DNA of 61,550 nt, counting the filler, from Choristocarpus tenellus KU-1152 (taxonomy: Eukaryota > Protista > Phaeophyceae), in the NCBI GenBank assembly GCA_964200185.2. It is 9 parts of 9 records of this genome, joined end to end, with 100 filler letters (N's around TTAATTAATTAA, not from the genome) between each part and the next. Parts side by side here need not be neighbours in the genome. Positions count along the whole stretch, not along the records: positions 11,852 to 22,130 come from CAXNAD020003020.1; positions 22,231 to 25,114 come from CAXNAD020023940.1; positions 25,215 to 28,164 come from CAXNAD020023432.1; 6 more parts are not named here. The stretch is one strand, 5' to 3'. Shown here one piece after another: positions 13,784-26,185 of the stretch (positions are counted from its first letter, which is position 1; every line of letters begins with the position of its first letter). Position numbers and translations under genes: made by a program. Below the pieces are notes generated by a model. That model was not told where the DNA came from. It saw only the letters and a program-made list of their open reading frames with translations, and searched no databases.

Positions 13784-14170
13784 TTACTTTCTACTTTAGT
13801 ACTTTATTAGTAGTAATATTGGTCAGTTACTTTTTGCTGTAGTGCTTTATTAGTAGTAATATTGGTCAGTTACTTTCTACTTTAGTACTTTATTAGTGGT
13901 AATATTGGTCAGTTACTTTCTACTTTAGTACTTTATTAGTAGTAATATTGGTCAGTTACTTTCTACTTCAGTACTTTATTAGTAGTAATATTGGTCAGTT
14001 ACTTTCTACTTTAGTACTTTATTAGTAGTAGTATTGGTCAGTTACTTTCTACTTCAGTACTTTATTAGTAGTAATATTGGTCAGGTACTTTCTACTGTAG
14101 TGCTTTATTAGTAGTAATATTGGTCAGTTACTTTCTACTTTAGTACTTTATTAGTAGTAACATTGGTCTC
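13784..14170. repeat. Minisatellite, 43-bp unit x9
   Basis: Nine head-to-tail copies of ttactttctactttagtactttattagtagtaatattggtcag with no spacers. Confidence 0.95.
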
Positions 14171-14614
14171 AAGTAGAAATACACACACTGTTTGATACAT
14201 CAAACCACTAGACAAAAGACAAACCGAAACTATTATCTTGAAGTGAAAATTAAATGCTTACATAAACATACATATGTACGTACAGCTCAAAGACTTGCAC
14301 TACTAACTCGCTGGTGACTTGTTGCATGTTTTGTGGGTGCTGTCTTGTAGTGTGTTGGTTTATTGGCTTAATTGGTTTGGTTCAACTTGGTCTCAGGTGC
14401 GAGAGAGTTCTCATGATTCGTTGTCTCTGAAGGCCTTGACACATGAAGACCTTGCCTCTTTTGATGCAATGCAGCATTCGGGATTTGTGAATATATTTCA
14501 ATACATTACAATACATCAAAGTGCTACCACTATAGTAGCAATTGTCTGTGTTACAGCATCATCTCAATGTTTTTCACAGGGGTACTTAATTGTGATCCCA
14601 TAATGACCATCCAG

Positions 14615-15342
14615 GTGAACGAACTTGGCCATCTGCCGGTGGTACTGTGCGGAGACTTCAACGGGAGGATAAGTGGGAGAGTTTACCAATACCTGGAGGA
14701 GAAGGGCTTCAAGTGAGTCTGCCCTCTCCCCCCCTCCCACAAAGAAAAAACAAAACGGTTAGGGTAAGAGGTGGTGGGGAGGGCTGTGTATATTGTTGTT
14801 GAAGCCCTTTTATCGTACTTCAATATTATTTATCGTACTTCAGTATTATTTATCATACTTCAATATTATTTATCATACTTCAATACTATTTGTCCAAGTC
14901 TCTTGAATGTGCCTTTCCATTGCTATGACCACTCGCTCCCTCTCGTCACTACCCTACCCATTATTTTGGTAACTACCATAGGTGTTAGTAGAGGTGCCTC
15001 TAACCAACCCTATCCCCGTTTCATTGATGATGAACACATGAAAACAACACCTTAACCTGTCCCCACAGGTGTGCTTACGAAGAGGCACTTCATCCAGGGT
15101 CAGACTGTGGGACTTGGATAACACACCGTAATCACCTGGGAGAGGAGCTGGGCGTTGACTATGTGTGGTTTATCAACCCGGAAATGAGGACTGGACCTTT
15201 AGAGCATGGGTGGGAGAAGATAGTCTACCAGGTGAATTGTTTTCGGTTTTCTTCGCCTGTTGAAGGCGTTTATTAGTTTGTTTTATGTCTTTTTTATGTT
15301 TCAAGAGGGAGGTGTACTGAGGTAATGCATTTGTGTGTGTGT

Positions 15343-15374
<32 letters not shown>

Positions 15375-16107
15375 TTTGGGGGGGGGAGGGGGGGGGGGGG
15401 GGGGTGACTAAAGGNNNNNNNNNNTTGTTTTTGTTTGTGGGTGGGGGGGGGTGGGGGTGGGGTTGGTGTGGGGGGGGGGGGGGGGGGGGGGGGGGGGTGA
15501 GTGGGTGTGGGTTTTCTGTGGCTGGAAGGCGTGCGGATGGTGTATACTCAAGAGTGCATTGGAGGAGGGTGGGTGTTGCACAGGCTTGTTTAGTTGTGTG
15601 TTTTTTTAAGGTATTTCTTTTTGAATTTGACTCACCTCCAGAATACGCTAGACGGGGTCTATGCCTACTAGGCCACTAGGGTGGTGGTGTTAAGAGTTGT
15701 TTGGTACCAAATTTAATCGCCTCGCTTGACACGGGGGTTGTTTGTGAATAAGACTGAGGTATCATGGCACCCAAGAAGAGGCGAGTGATAACCTATACCT
15801 TTCAAAGTGGTACCAGAGGAGTAGTTTTGCAATTGTCATATTTTGTGTATGTATTACCCAAGTATGAAATGTATGTACCAGATAAGGCTTTGCCCTTAGG
15901 AGTACAAGCATCGCAATTGTCAATTTTTTTAGCATGAGGTTTGAGGATGAAGAGGCATGGCATGACAAGAGTTTATGGTACAAGGAAACTCCTGCTACCG
16001 TGGCACGAGAAATTTTATGAGAAGACTTCAACACCAAAAAAACGCCTCTGCAATATCATTTTTATTTTAAAGCACAAAATAGAAGTTTGGACAAAACATA
16101 CTTACAT

Positions 16108-16183
<76 letters not shown>

Positions 16184-16406
16184 CTGGCTTTACCTCCCTG
16201 TGATACCACTAAACAAAACACCCCCAACTCTGCTACTGTTGATGTGATGTGACACACAAGTCCACCAAGAGGCAACTTCTTAGCAGCTCCTACAGGAAAG
16301 AAAAGGATGAAGACGATGAATCGATGCGGTGGAGGGAGGGGGGGGGGGGCAAAGAGGTACGCNNNNNNNNNNTTAAAGAAAAGAAAAGAGAAAAAGAGAG
16401 GGAGGA

Positions 16407-16440
<34 letters not shown>

Positions 16441-19167
16441 GAGAGGCAAAGAGGTACGCCTGCACTAGGTGAAAGAGAGTAGACAAGACAAAGATCAACA
16501 GGAATCAGGGTGACAAAAACCGCATTGTGAGAAACTCCTCCTCCCGCCTCACTGATGTTGCTATCGCTATCGGGTGCTGGTGAAACCGTCATGGCAGGGC
16601 AGCAGGAGTTGCTGGGTGGAGCAAGGGGGGGAGGGGGTAAGGTGCTAGGGAGTGTGCAGCATGGTGGGATGCGTGATGTGGAGATTGAGGAAAGCGAGAA
16701 ACTGACTACCGCCTGCCAGGACTTGGGACTCAGTGAGGGGATGGAGTTGACAGGTGTGAGGGGATGATTTTTATCATGGTTGTGCAGTAGGGAGTGATGT
16801 TGATGTTTGATGTGGATGATTTTCTGCATTTTCTTCTTGGGGTGATTTGTGTTTTGTAGGTCCTCTATAGTAGGAATTTGTGTTTCAATGTAGATTTTAC
16901 ATGTTATGTAATTGTCAGTATATGCAGTACTTGATTAATAGATGTATACAAAATATGCTCGGAAAAGACTTGGTGTATGGGGGGATGACAGATAGAGGGG
17001 GGTTGCTTGGTTGTTAGTTTGTTGTCTCTTGGCTAGGCTTTTCTGAGCTTAGTAGCATCTAAGTCACTAAAGGACTGGGGGTAGTTCTGACCCATTGCTT
17101 TCTTTATTGATCTCCCCATGGCCATCCTAGTATGATTTTATTCCCATTCAACCTGAGTTTGCTTCGTCTGTTTATTTTTCTCCCTATTTAGAGTGTTGCA
17201 AAAGACACGAGGTGTGCAGTGCTCTGCCCTTGTGACTATGCATAGGTAGGTTTGTGTTCCATGTGCCACCACATTATGTAGCACCCGTTTTTAAAAAAAG
17301 CAGGTAAAACATAACAAACAAACAAAAAAGAAAAATGGTGTACAGTAGTAAATGCCAGAGTGGCCCTACACAATGTTTTGGGGGGGGGGGTTACGTACAC
17401 ACAGGGCATCTCTGTCTGGTTCGTTGTTTCCCCTCCATCCTAATGCACACACGCCGCCCACCTACGTGCATCAACATGTCCTGCCTAGAGTAAACTCAGT
17501 GTCATCAACATGTTATTGAGCGTTCATCCCCACCTAAGGAATAATCGGTAAGGAAGTCTTGTAAGGGAGAGGGTGTCCAGCCCTTAGTTCCTCTACCCCA
17601 TACCGATTTTTCAACATTAAAATGCACTCTAGCCTTACCTAGGCGGAAACCCTAAACCTCAACCTCCCCACCATTTATCAGCCACCAAGGGCTAAGGGAA
17701 GGGGGAGGGGGAGGGGGAGAGGTGGGAGGGAGTGTAGAATGGTAAAGGTTGACGCAAGCGAGTGCTCCCAGTCACGTCCCTTTGGAAGAATTGGCATGGG
17801 AATTTGAGGTTGGGGCAGGCAGTCACTGATTGATTGAATGATGTATATTGTTCTCAGAGCTTTTTGACAGGCGTTGTTCATCTGTCCTACTTTTTGTGTA
17901 TGTTCTTCTCACTGACGACAAAAAATTATTTTTATTTTTAAATTGTCAAAAGGGCAATCAATGTAAGCACAGTATTCAGCAGTGTGTCGTGTGATCCGAG
18001 TCCTGTATGCAAATAATAAATAAAAAAAATTGAAAGAGTATGCTGTATGCTGCTGCTATTTTTTTGTTTATTTTTTTGTATTTTTCTTTTTTAGTAGAGC
18101 ATTAAACTGCATCTTTGTGTTTGTGATCTCTGTCCGTATGGCATCACAGTTGGGAGGCAACAAAACGCCTTTTGTTTGAAGTCTTTCTTTGCACCTGCCG
18201 CTGCATCCCCCCACTACTCCCATTTCCCTCCGACCCTATCCCATCCCCCAACTCCACTTTGCACAATTTGCGCATCGACTGTTATGGCAGAGGAGGAGCT
18301 ACAGCTCTTGCTTGACAACTCTACAGACGACTGCGACTTCCTTGTCCCCACTATTCTTGACGGAAGCTCCACGGGGCTGGAAGGTGCCAGTGCAGGGGGG
18401 CTGCCTAGGGGGGCTGTTCTGGGAGACTGCATTCCTCGTTTCGGTGGATGCAGCCTGAAGGTATGCTTGTGTCAAGTAGCTTTTGGGCATTGCCTTGCCC
18501 TGAGTACTCCGTTCATCATAGACGTACCAGGGTCTTCTTGTCAGAGAAGATAGTAGCAGATCGGACACATAGTCTTTGTCTGCATTTTTTATTGGAGGCA
18601 AAACAGTGGCAGCAGTATCCCCAGTGTGTGCTTCCATTTTTAACGCGCTTATCGCGGCACTGTTGACAACGATACTGATTTAGTCATTGACAACAGTGTG
18701 TATTGATTGATACTGATTTAGTCGTTGACAACAGTGTGTATTGATTGCAATTTGGCGCCCTTCATTGCGTTTGATTGGCTAATTTCCGTGGGAGATTTGC
18801 ACAAGAACTGCCAGAAGAAGCCCAATCTATGGCTTTATATTTTAAGTTATGATTTGGTTTATTTTCTCTGTGGGTTAAATTGCCGCAACACTAGATCGAG
18901 GACTGCAGTTCCAAATGTGCTCACCAAAACCTGCCTCCTTACCAGACTGTATCTTCAAGCATCTGGCCAGCTGCTCTGGAGCGTGGAGTGTGGCCCCCAG
19001 ATTACGTCATCAGTGACCATGGATCCCTCACAGCCTCATTTCAGCTGAACCCACCCCAACCCCTTAAGGCCCTTGATACTACTGGCCTTGGAGTTGGTGG
19101 GGAAGCAGCAGGGGAAAAGGTGGAGGGATGGGGTGAAGAAGATGGGGAGCACTTTGGTCTTCGCTGA
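14615..19167 (+). CDS. Endonuclease/exonuclease/phosphatase (EEP) family protein, At1g02270-like, 3' half only
   Basis: Exons 14615-14712 (HLPVVLCGDFNG...VYQYLEEKGF), 15069-15231 (WITHRNHLGEELGVDYVWFINP), ~16603-16753 (ACQDLGLSEGMELT; start uncertain), 18291-18460 and 18946-19167 (IWPAALERGVWPPDYVISDHGSLTASF...*). EEP catalytic motifs GDFN, D-Y and SDH are present. The ORF track misses most of these exons. Confidence 0.88.
14811..14890. repeat. 20-bp tandem repeat x4 (intronic)
   Basis: Repeated tatcgtacttcaatattatt. Confidence 0.8.
16110..16179. repeat. (CA)n microsatellite
   Basis: About 35 uninterrupted AC units. Confidence 0.95.
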
Positions 19168-20979
19168 GTTGATTCCGTACTAGGTGTGCGGATTTTTTGT
19201 GTTGTTGCAAACAGTTGTTCTTGAGTTGAGTGATAGCTTGCTCTCTCTGGTAGGTGATGTGTATTTAATGTCTCAAGAATTGGTTTGTGCTGCTTGCTTG
19301 GAGACTACAAGGTGGATAACTTGTTTGATGTTACCTGGAGCACTACGTGCTTCCCAAGAGTAGTAGTAGGTACCTTGTGTTTTTTGAGATGAGTGAAGCG
19401 AAGGGAGGGTGCAGTGCATTGGTGTAGATGAAAAGTGAACTTCTAGCACGTGAGTACCTCGCCGACTTTGGATTCCCTTTTTTTGGATGCAAATGATTTT
19501 ACCCACAAGTTTTTGTTGGTTCTTTATACAGTACACTCAAGTGTGTATGCTGTGTCGTGGGTGGTGCCCACTTAGAAGTGCAGATGTACTAAGTTTACTT
19601 GAAGGCAGTTGTTGTAATACATGATCTGAGATGTCTTTAAGTGAATACATGATTGTAGATGTCTTTAAGTAGGTAAAAAAAAAAAAAAGACTGCAACAGC
19701 CGAAAAATGTTCTCTTTTTGCACCAAGAAAGGTCTGCATGTGTATGGCTTGTAATTTTCACCGAGTTTTGAAGCAACGATACTGCAATGTGATATCTTGC
19801 GGTTGTTGGTGCAGAAATCAGAGGTGAGACATACAGCACACATAAATCAAGGAAAACTCTAATTTATGTCTATACCGCAGGTCTCAGGAGCAGAAGCGCA
19901 CAGACACTTAAGATCTATAACTCCATTTTTAGCCCTGTGCAACAATGTCATCTGGCACATGCTAGTCAACTCCCCTATGTCTTGGCCTCCAAGTCAACTA
20001 CTGGGGTAGCTCTTCAACATATGGAGGCAGTAATGACCCCCACCCCTCCACCGCCATCACCACCCTGTGTCTCAGTCTCATCTTCTGGAAATCTAACTCC
20101 CTCATCATCCTCACTTGTAGTGCTTGTAACACACACACACACACTCTGAATCCATCCTCCACCAGCTCATCCCTGTGCACCAAGGCCTCGGCTACATCCT
20201 CCTGCTCTTCAGGTGTACCCCAGCTTGATCCATGTTTGTTATGTTGTTAGTGTGGAAGGGATGACCAGCCTTCGTGTCAAGGCTGTCCAATGCCCCCTGA
20301 AGCTATCCTCTGTTCAGTACCCACCCACACTCTAGGAATTGAGAAGCTGTGAGATCACAGACATGGAGGCCATCTGCACCATGGAATGCACCACGACCAC
20401 TGCTGTACTAATTCAGGTTACTTTATCAGGGGGTTTAACACTACGGAAGAGATCGTGAGATCCCAACTAAAAAAACAGACTGTTCTATGGGGATGTCATC
20501 CGGCCTACAGGTTGAAAATGATATGCCTAAAATATTGGATTGGTCGAAATTGCATTGTTTTGGCGTGTCTTTAAAGTGGAGCACACATCATGATACTCCT
20601 GTCTGGTATCACACAACACGGAGAGCAAGGTCAACAAATTTTGATACTCCTGCCTGGTATCACCCAGGCCTGTCGGCCGTGCAGCAGCCACCTAGCGAGC
20701 CAGTGAGCTAATGAACCTTGTGATATTGGACCCAGTGATCCCTTGATGGATTCTGAACTGGTTGGGATGTGTGACAAATGACAGCCCTTAAGTCCAACAC
20801 ATGACACAAAAAACGCTGGTCTGGTTCACGTGATGATGTACAGGCAGGGGAGATCTTTGCAATGATCTTTGATTAGTTTGAAATAACTGTTGCTTGGAAG
20901 TACCATGGAAGGTATGCAAGCTTGGAGCAAACACACTCCTCTCTTGAAATAACCAAAATCGCCATTATTAACACTGAGG

Positions 20980-21220
20980 ACTCGCCATGAGGCCCTTGCT
21001 GCCTTGCTAGAAGGGTGGGTAGGGTAGCCACCAGTGATCCTACAAAAGCCGCATGCTGGCGGTGTTTCATGGAAGAGAGGCCTAGACCCCCCGCACTTGT
21101 AGGCATCTGTGCCTGTACTTGTTGGTGGGTCTCTAGGCGGAGAGACCTATTGTTGCACCCTCCCTCGAAGAAGTCTGTCCCCTCTGTTGCATCAGCTATC
21201 TCCATTATCCTCTCTAGTGT
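20980..21220 (-). mobile_element. Degenerate non-LTR retrotransposon fragment (post-RT region, CRE/R2/R4-like)
   Basis: QAQMPTSAGGLGLSSMKHRQHAAFVGS resembles the QAxLPxxxGGLG...AAYxxS motif that follows RT in restriction-like-endonuclease LINEs. Confidence 0.6.
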
Positions 21221-22231
21221 CGTTTATCATCCCTTGTCAACATAATAAAGACTACTATCGCGTACTTTCGTGCGTATGCGCGCGCTAGTTATTGTTTTAA
21301 CGCTGATATAGAACACTATGATATAGAACACTATGATATTTTCATTTTCATACTTCCTATGATTGATGCATCAGAACATACGTCATTAAGATTCTATTAG
21401 ATGGCAAACTGTCAATAAAACGTTGACAAGCATTTTTGGAACTATTTCTGTTCTGTTTGACGTATATAACACAGAGAAAAGAACTAATTTAGTGGACATT
21501 AGGGTTCAAGAACTGGAATCGATCTTCTTGTCCCAAAACGTATTATGTTTGGAAGGAAAATAATTGTCTTGATTTTATAGTAGTTGAAATTTTCGGAATA
21601 GGATCACCATGTTGTGTTGAGTGGTTGGCATTTAGAAGAATCTTTACTCAAACAACCTCTCACTTTGTGTTTTTAGAGGTGGAATTGTTACAGGGGAACA
21701 TAGCGTGAGCATTTTTTCTCGTGTTCTAACAAACGCGAGCATTTGTTACATGTGAACAGCGCGAGCATTTATTTCATTTCATCATGCCTTCTTAGCAAAC
21801 ACGAATATCTGTGACAGTCGAATAGTGCGAGCATTGTTTCTCGCGTTCTAACAAGTGCGAACAATACACGAGATTAGTAACACTTAGGCAGCCTCACAGA
21901 ATAAATGCTGATTTCGTAGAAGATACAGAGTAAGATTCGTAATGCGTACGAAACATTACAGAAGAAAACGTCAAAGTTCCTAAGAAGTTGCAGAATTAAG
22001 GTTTATGATTGGAGTACGTATAGAGCAGTTGGGTAGAAGACAAAAGAAATTGGGTGGATAACGAAAACAATAAGAGGACTTTTGGTCAAAACCATTAAAC
22101 AGGGATTTCTCAAAATTGAGGATGGTGCAGNNNNNNNNNNNNNNNNNNNNNNNNNNNNNNNNNNNNNNNNNNNNTTAATTAATTAANNNNNNNNNNNNNN
22201 NNNNNNNNNNNNNNNNNNNNNNNNNNNNNNC

Positions 22232-22584
22232 TGTTTATGGTGCTCGTGTTATAATTCAGCCCCTTGGCGGCCATTTTTATTGTCACCTGACGCACTGTGG
22301 ATGACCGATTATCGGAGTTGATTGTTGAAGAACTTGGTGTATATAAGGCTCGTCGCCGATAGCTAGTAGTTACATGGTAAAACATACACTGAATATTAAT
22401 TATCCACTGGGCCTTTATCTTAGCCATCAATTATATCTGACGTATGAACAAAGACTGACCCGTTATACCGCTATGCATGTTACTACTTTGTATTTTACCG
22501 AACTAAAGATAAGCGTACATGAAACCTATATTATATGCTTGTATCAGCACAGATAACGTAAGGATAACACTAGGTTATTCGACA
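22232..22584 (-). repeat. 3' LTR of the copia element (~353 bp), preceded by a polypurine tract
   Basis: On the minus strand AGGAAGGGGAGGA (22597-22585) is followed at once by TGTCG... The segment ends ...AAACA at 22232, one base from the contig edge, so that end is less certain. Confidence 0.7.
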
Positions 22585-25086
22585 TCCTCCCCTTCCTGAA
22601 AACAAGTAGTAACTCTCGAATAATCACATTAATAAAAGCACACACACACACACACATGTTACCTTGCATGTTCATCAAAAGCTTCACATGCTGTCTAAAA
22701 GCTCAAACTGGAAAATTCTTGGTCAATACATCTGCCCTCTGATTTGCAGTACCAACAAAAACAACACGAATCTCTTATTATAGACCCTCCGAAAATGATG
22801 TCGGACATCAATGTGCTTTGTTCTGGTAGAGATTGTGGCATTTCGTAGTAGTTTGCATGCACCAATGTTATCCTCAAACATGTAAATGCAGTGCCTAGGA
22901 AACTGTGGCTGAATAAACTCAAAAACACTTCTCAAGAAAAGTAATTCCTGTGCCACACTGCTAAGAGCTATGTATTCACTCTCCATGGAAGACAGAGCTG
23001 CAACTCTTTGTGCCTTTGACATCCAAGATATTGCTCCTGCAAACATTATTGCTCCTCCAGTCACTGATCTACGATAATTTGAGTCTCCAGCATAACTAGC
23101 ATCAGGATGCGCACTCAACTCACACTCAGTATCAAAACCACCAAATCTCAATCCAACACTGGGACAGGTATTCAAATATGCTAAAAAAACATTTCACTGC
23201 ACGCCAATGTGTGACTTTGGGATTGCTACTGTACTTGGCAACTTTACGAACTGCATTTGCAATGTCAAGCCTAGTCATAACAGATGCCCACATCAGACTA
23301 CCAACTGCCTCTCTGTACGGTGTACTTTCATCAACACTTGGATGATTCTCACTCTTGTCTAGAGCCCTTGAGAGATCATGGGGTACCGACCTCATCTTTG
23401 CCCCATCCGTACCAAATCTTTGACAAACACTCTTAATGTACCTAGTCTGACTGATGGTGACAGTCTGTGCATTTCTGTCACGTGAAATCTCACAACCCAT
23501 ATAATACTCACGGTCACCAAAGTCTTTTATGGAAAACTGCTCTTTGATCCTAGAGCGAACCCAAATCAAAGCATCTATTTTACCAGCTACCAAAACATTG
23601 TCTACGTGGGGGGCTATCACAGCACAAAAAATGCCATCTTTTACATAGCATAACAACAGAGATCTCCTCTGCATCGTTCAAAATCACACTGTTCCAAAAC
23701 ATGCACCAACAAATCATTGAACTCCCTGCTAGCCTGTTTGGTGCCATAAAGAGCTTTCACTAAACACACAATCTTTCCTTACCATATATCACAACCATTA
23801 CATAAAAGAAGAAAATTATCTTCAATAATGTCTGCTTGGATAAGAGCTTGTTTAACATCCCAATGCTTCAATTCCCAGTCTCTGTCTACTGCTAATGCTA
23901 AAACCATTTTCAAGGACACAGGGGACAGTGTTGGTGCAAAAGTGTCTTGGTAATCTAAACCCTCAATCTGTCAAAAACCTTTTGCTACCAAACGTTCCTT
24001 GTATCAAACTACCTCACCAAACTTGTTAGTCTTACGCTTGTGAATTCATTTAGTGTCTATTGCCCCTGCATCCATGGGGTAATACGGCCTCCACCCAAAC
24101 AATATTCAACAACAAACCAGACATCTCTTCTGCTCTAGCTCGATCCCATAAATCACATTCGGGAGAGCTACGTGCTGCTCTTACAGTCTTGGGTTCTGGA
24201 GGGAGCTCATCCGCTAACACTCTAATAGAATCATCACTCGCACACATCACAAGGGTAGTCTCTATGGACAGTTCGTAAAAAACTGGACATGTTAAAAACA
24301 GCAGCTTTGGCGGAAGTAGGATGATTGCCTGATCTGGTGCTGTGGGGCAGGATATTGTCGTCACCATTGCCAATGCTGAGATGTCGTGATTCCCTTTCAC
24401 ATTGGCTGTCCTTAGCCTCGTCCACCCCATCATCATCACCATCGTTGTTGTCCTCAGTCTCGTCCACAAGTTCACCACTATCCCATGTGTCATCAGATTC
24501 ATCACAATCACCTAGTCCACCTTCAATCCAGGTGATTCCATCATCACATTCACCCCCCATCTCCTGGATTTCTCCAGTCCTTCTGCGCGCATGTGGAGGA
24601 TGTACCCTGGAGTGTCATCCAAATCAGAGATTGGAAAACGGACTCTGCCATCCTTGCTCCTGGAGGTGGGAGTCTTTTAACGTTGGCAGTGTACATGTGG
24701 CCATTCCACTTCAAAACAATTGGGAGATCCTCCCCATAAGATATGTGATACGCATCACCAGTCAATTTGATGGTCACTCCCTCAGCTCCACCAGCAGAAT
24801 GTGAAGAGAGAAGATTGAAAGCTATCTTTGGGACAAGTGCAACAGACGTCCAATTAACATGCACCTACTCATCGCGGACAACATTGAAACCCAAATCAAT
24901 CTTGCCATACCCCACAATGGGTAGTGATGTGCCGTCAGCCGCGGTCATGTTGTGGCCTTGTGGACATTTGGTGAAGTCATACAAGTAATTTGAGTCTTTC
25001 GTTACACTATTGGAAGCACCCAAATCAAAACACCACGTTTCGAAAGCGTCTAATCTCACCTTGCCATTATCAACGAAAGTGGCTAA
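22232..25086 (-). mobile_element. Ty1/copia LTR retrotransposon, decayed: protease, RT, RNase H, PPT, 3' LTR; integrase absent
   Basis: Protease WCFDLGASN (~25040) and VALVPKIAFNLLS. RT motifs YKERLVAKGF*QIEGLDYQDTFAP, HVDNVLVAG, IKDFGDREYYMG, YREAVGSLMW. RNase H motifs DASYAGD, LSSMESEY, EDN, RTKHIDVRHHF. Many stops and frameshifts. Confidence 0.95.
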
Positions 25087-26104
25087 TGTTCGATTAGACT
25101 CTTCCAACTCTATCNNNNNNNNNNNNNNNNNNNNNNNNNNNNNNNNNNNNNNNNNNNNTTAATTAATTAANNNNNNNNNNNNNNNNNNNNNNNNNNNNNN
25201 NNNNNNNNNNNNNNCCAAATGGACAGCCGCCACAGCCCCCCAGATACTTTGAGCCTTTTAGGGTCATGAACCTGGAGTGTGAACTAATTTCCACATTCGT
25301 AGTCGTACAGGCTTTGATTTACAGGTTTTGGACTAGGTAGTGATGTTTGGCAGGAAGCAGCAGAAATTAGAATTGAGTACACAGAGATGATTGCAGTGCA
25401 CAGAATACAACACAATTTGGATGCTCCCCACGACAAAAGTGTACTAACGCTGAAGTCTTCAAAATCTGCCTTGCGAGAAGTTGTACCGAGGCCCAGACGT
25501 TTTTACAACCCTTCGTCACTGCCCTGTGCCATAATAGCCTAAGGTCCACCACAATCTTCTCAAACACACCTTGAACAGCCGATTTCAAAAATGGAGGATG
25601 TATATACACATTACAAAAATATATATATCGACACTTTATCCCAGTCAATTTTGGGTCAAGCCCATCCTCAATGAAAAGCTCCATCCTCAATTTTTGAAAT
25701 CGGCTGTTCTTGGCTGATTGAAGTGCCCCCATCATTGTTGAGAACTGTTCGACATGCTTTTGCTTCAAACCCTCAACGTGATGTCCCTATGATCACGTTT
25801 ACTACTCCCAGAGTGGGTTGCAGGCCTCTTATAGCATCGGATTCCACTAGAAGAAGTAGAAATTTAGCTTTGAGTTATTTATTCAAGTCAAACTCGTTAG
25901 TGACTTCACCCTAGGATATCAACGATTTTTCCTTGCATCGACCACAAATATTATTAAACCACACCAAAAAGGATAACCTGATGGGTCCAAATATAAGGGG
26001 TAGTCAGGACTGTACGCCTTTAGTCCAACGACGAATAGAAGAAGCTCCCCATGGACCTCGTTTTCATCTCCCTACTTGCTTTTACCATGCCTGAAAAAGT
26101 AATT

Positions 26105-26185
26105 GGTGTGAATGGTGTGAATGGTGTGAATGGTGTGAATGGTGTGAATGGTGTGAATGGTGTGAATGGTGTGAATGGTGTGAAT
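26105..26185. repeat. 9-bp tandem repeat x9
   Basis: Perfect (GGTGTGAAT)9. Confidence 0.95.

Noticed and set aside
13784-14170. CRISPR-like array
   Set aside because: Units are head-to-tail with no unique spacers, there are no cas genes, and the context is eukaryotic.
21255-21870. Helitron 3' end (GC hairpin plus CTAG) and nearby degenerate repeats
   Set aside because: The hairpin is weak and directly abuts CTAG. No 5' end or second copy was found.
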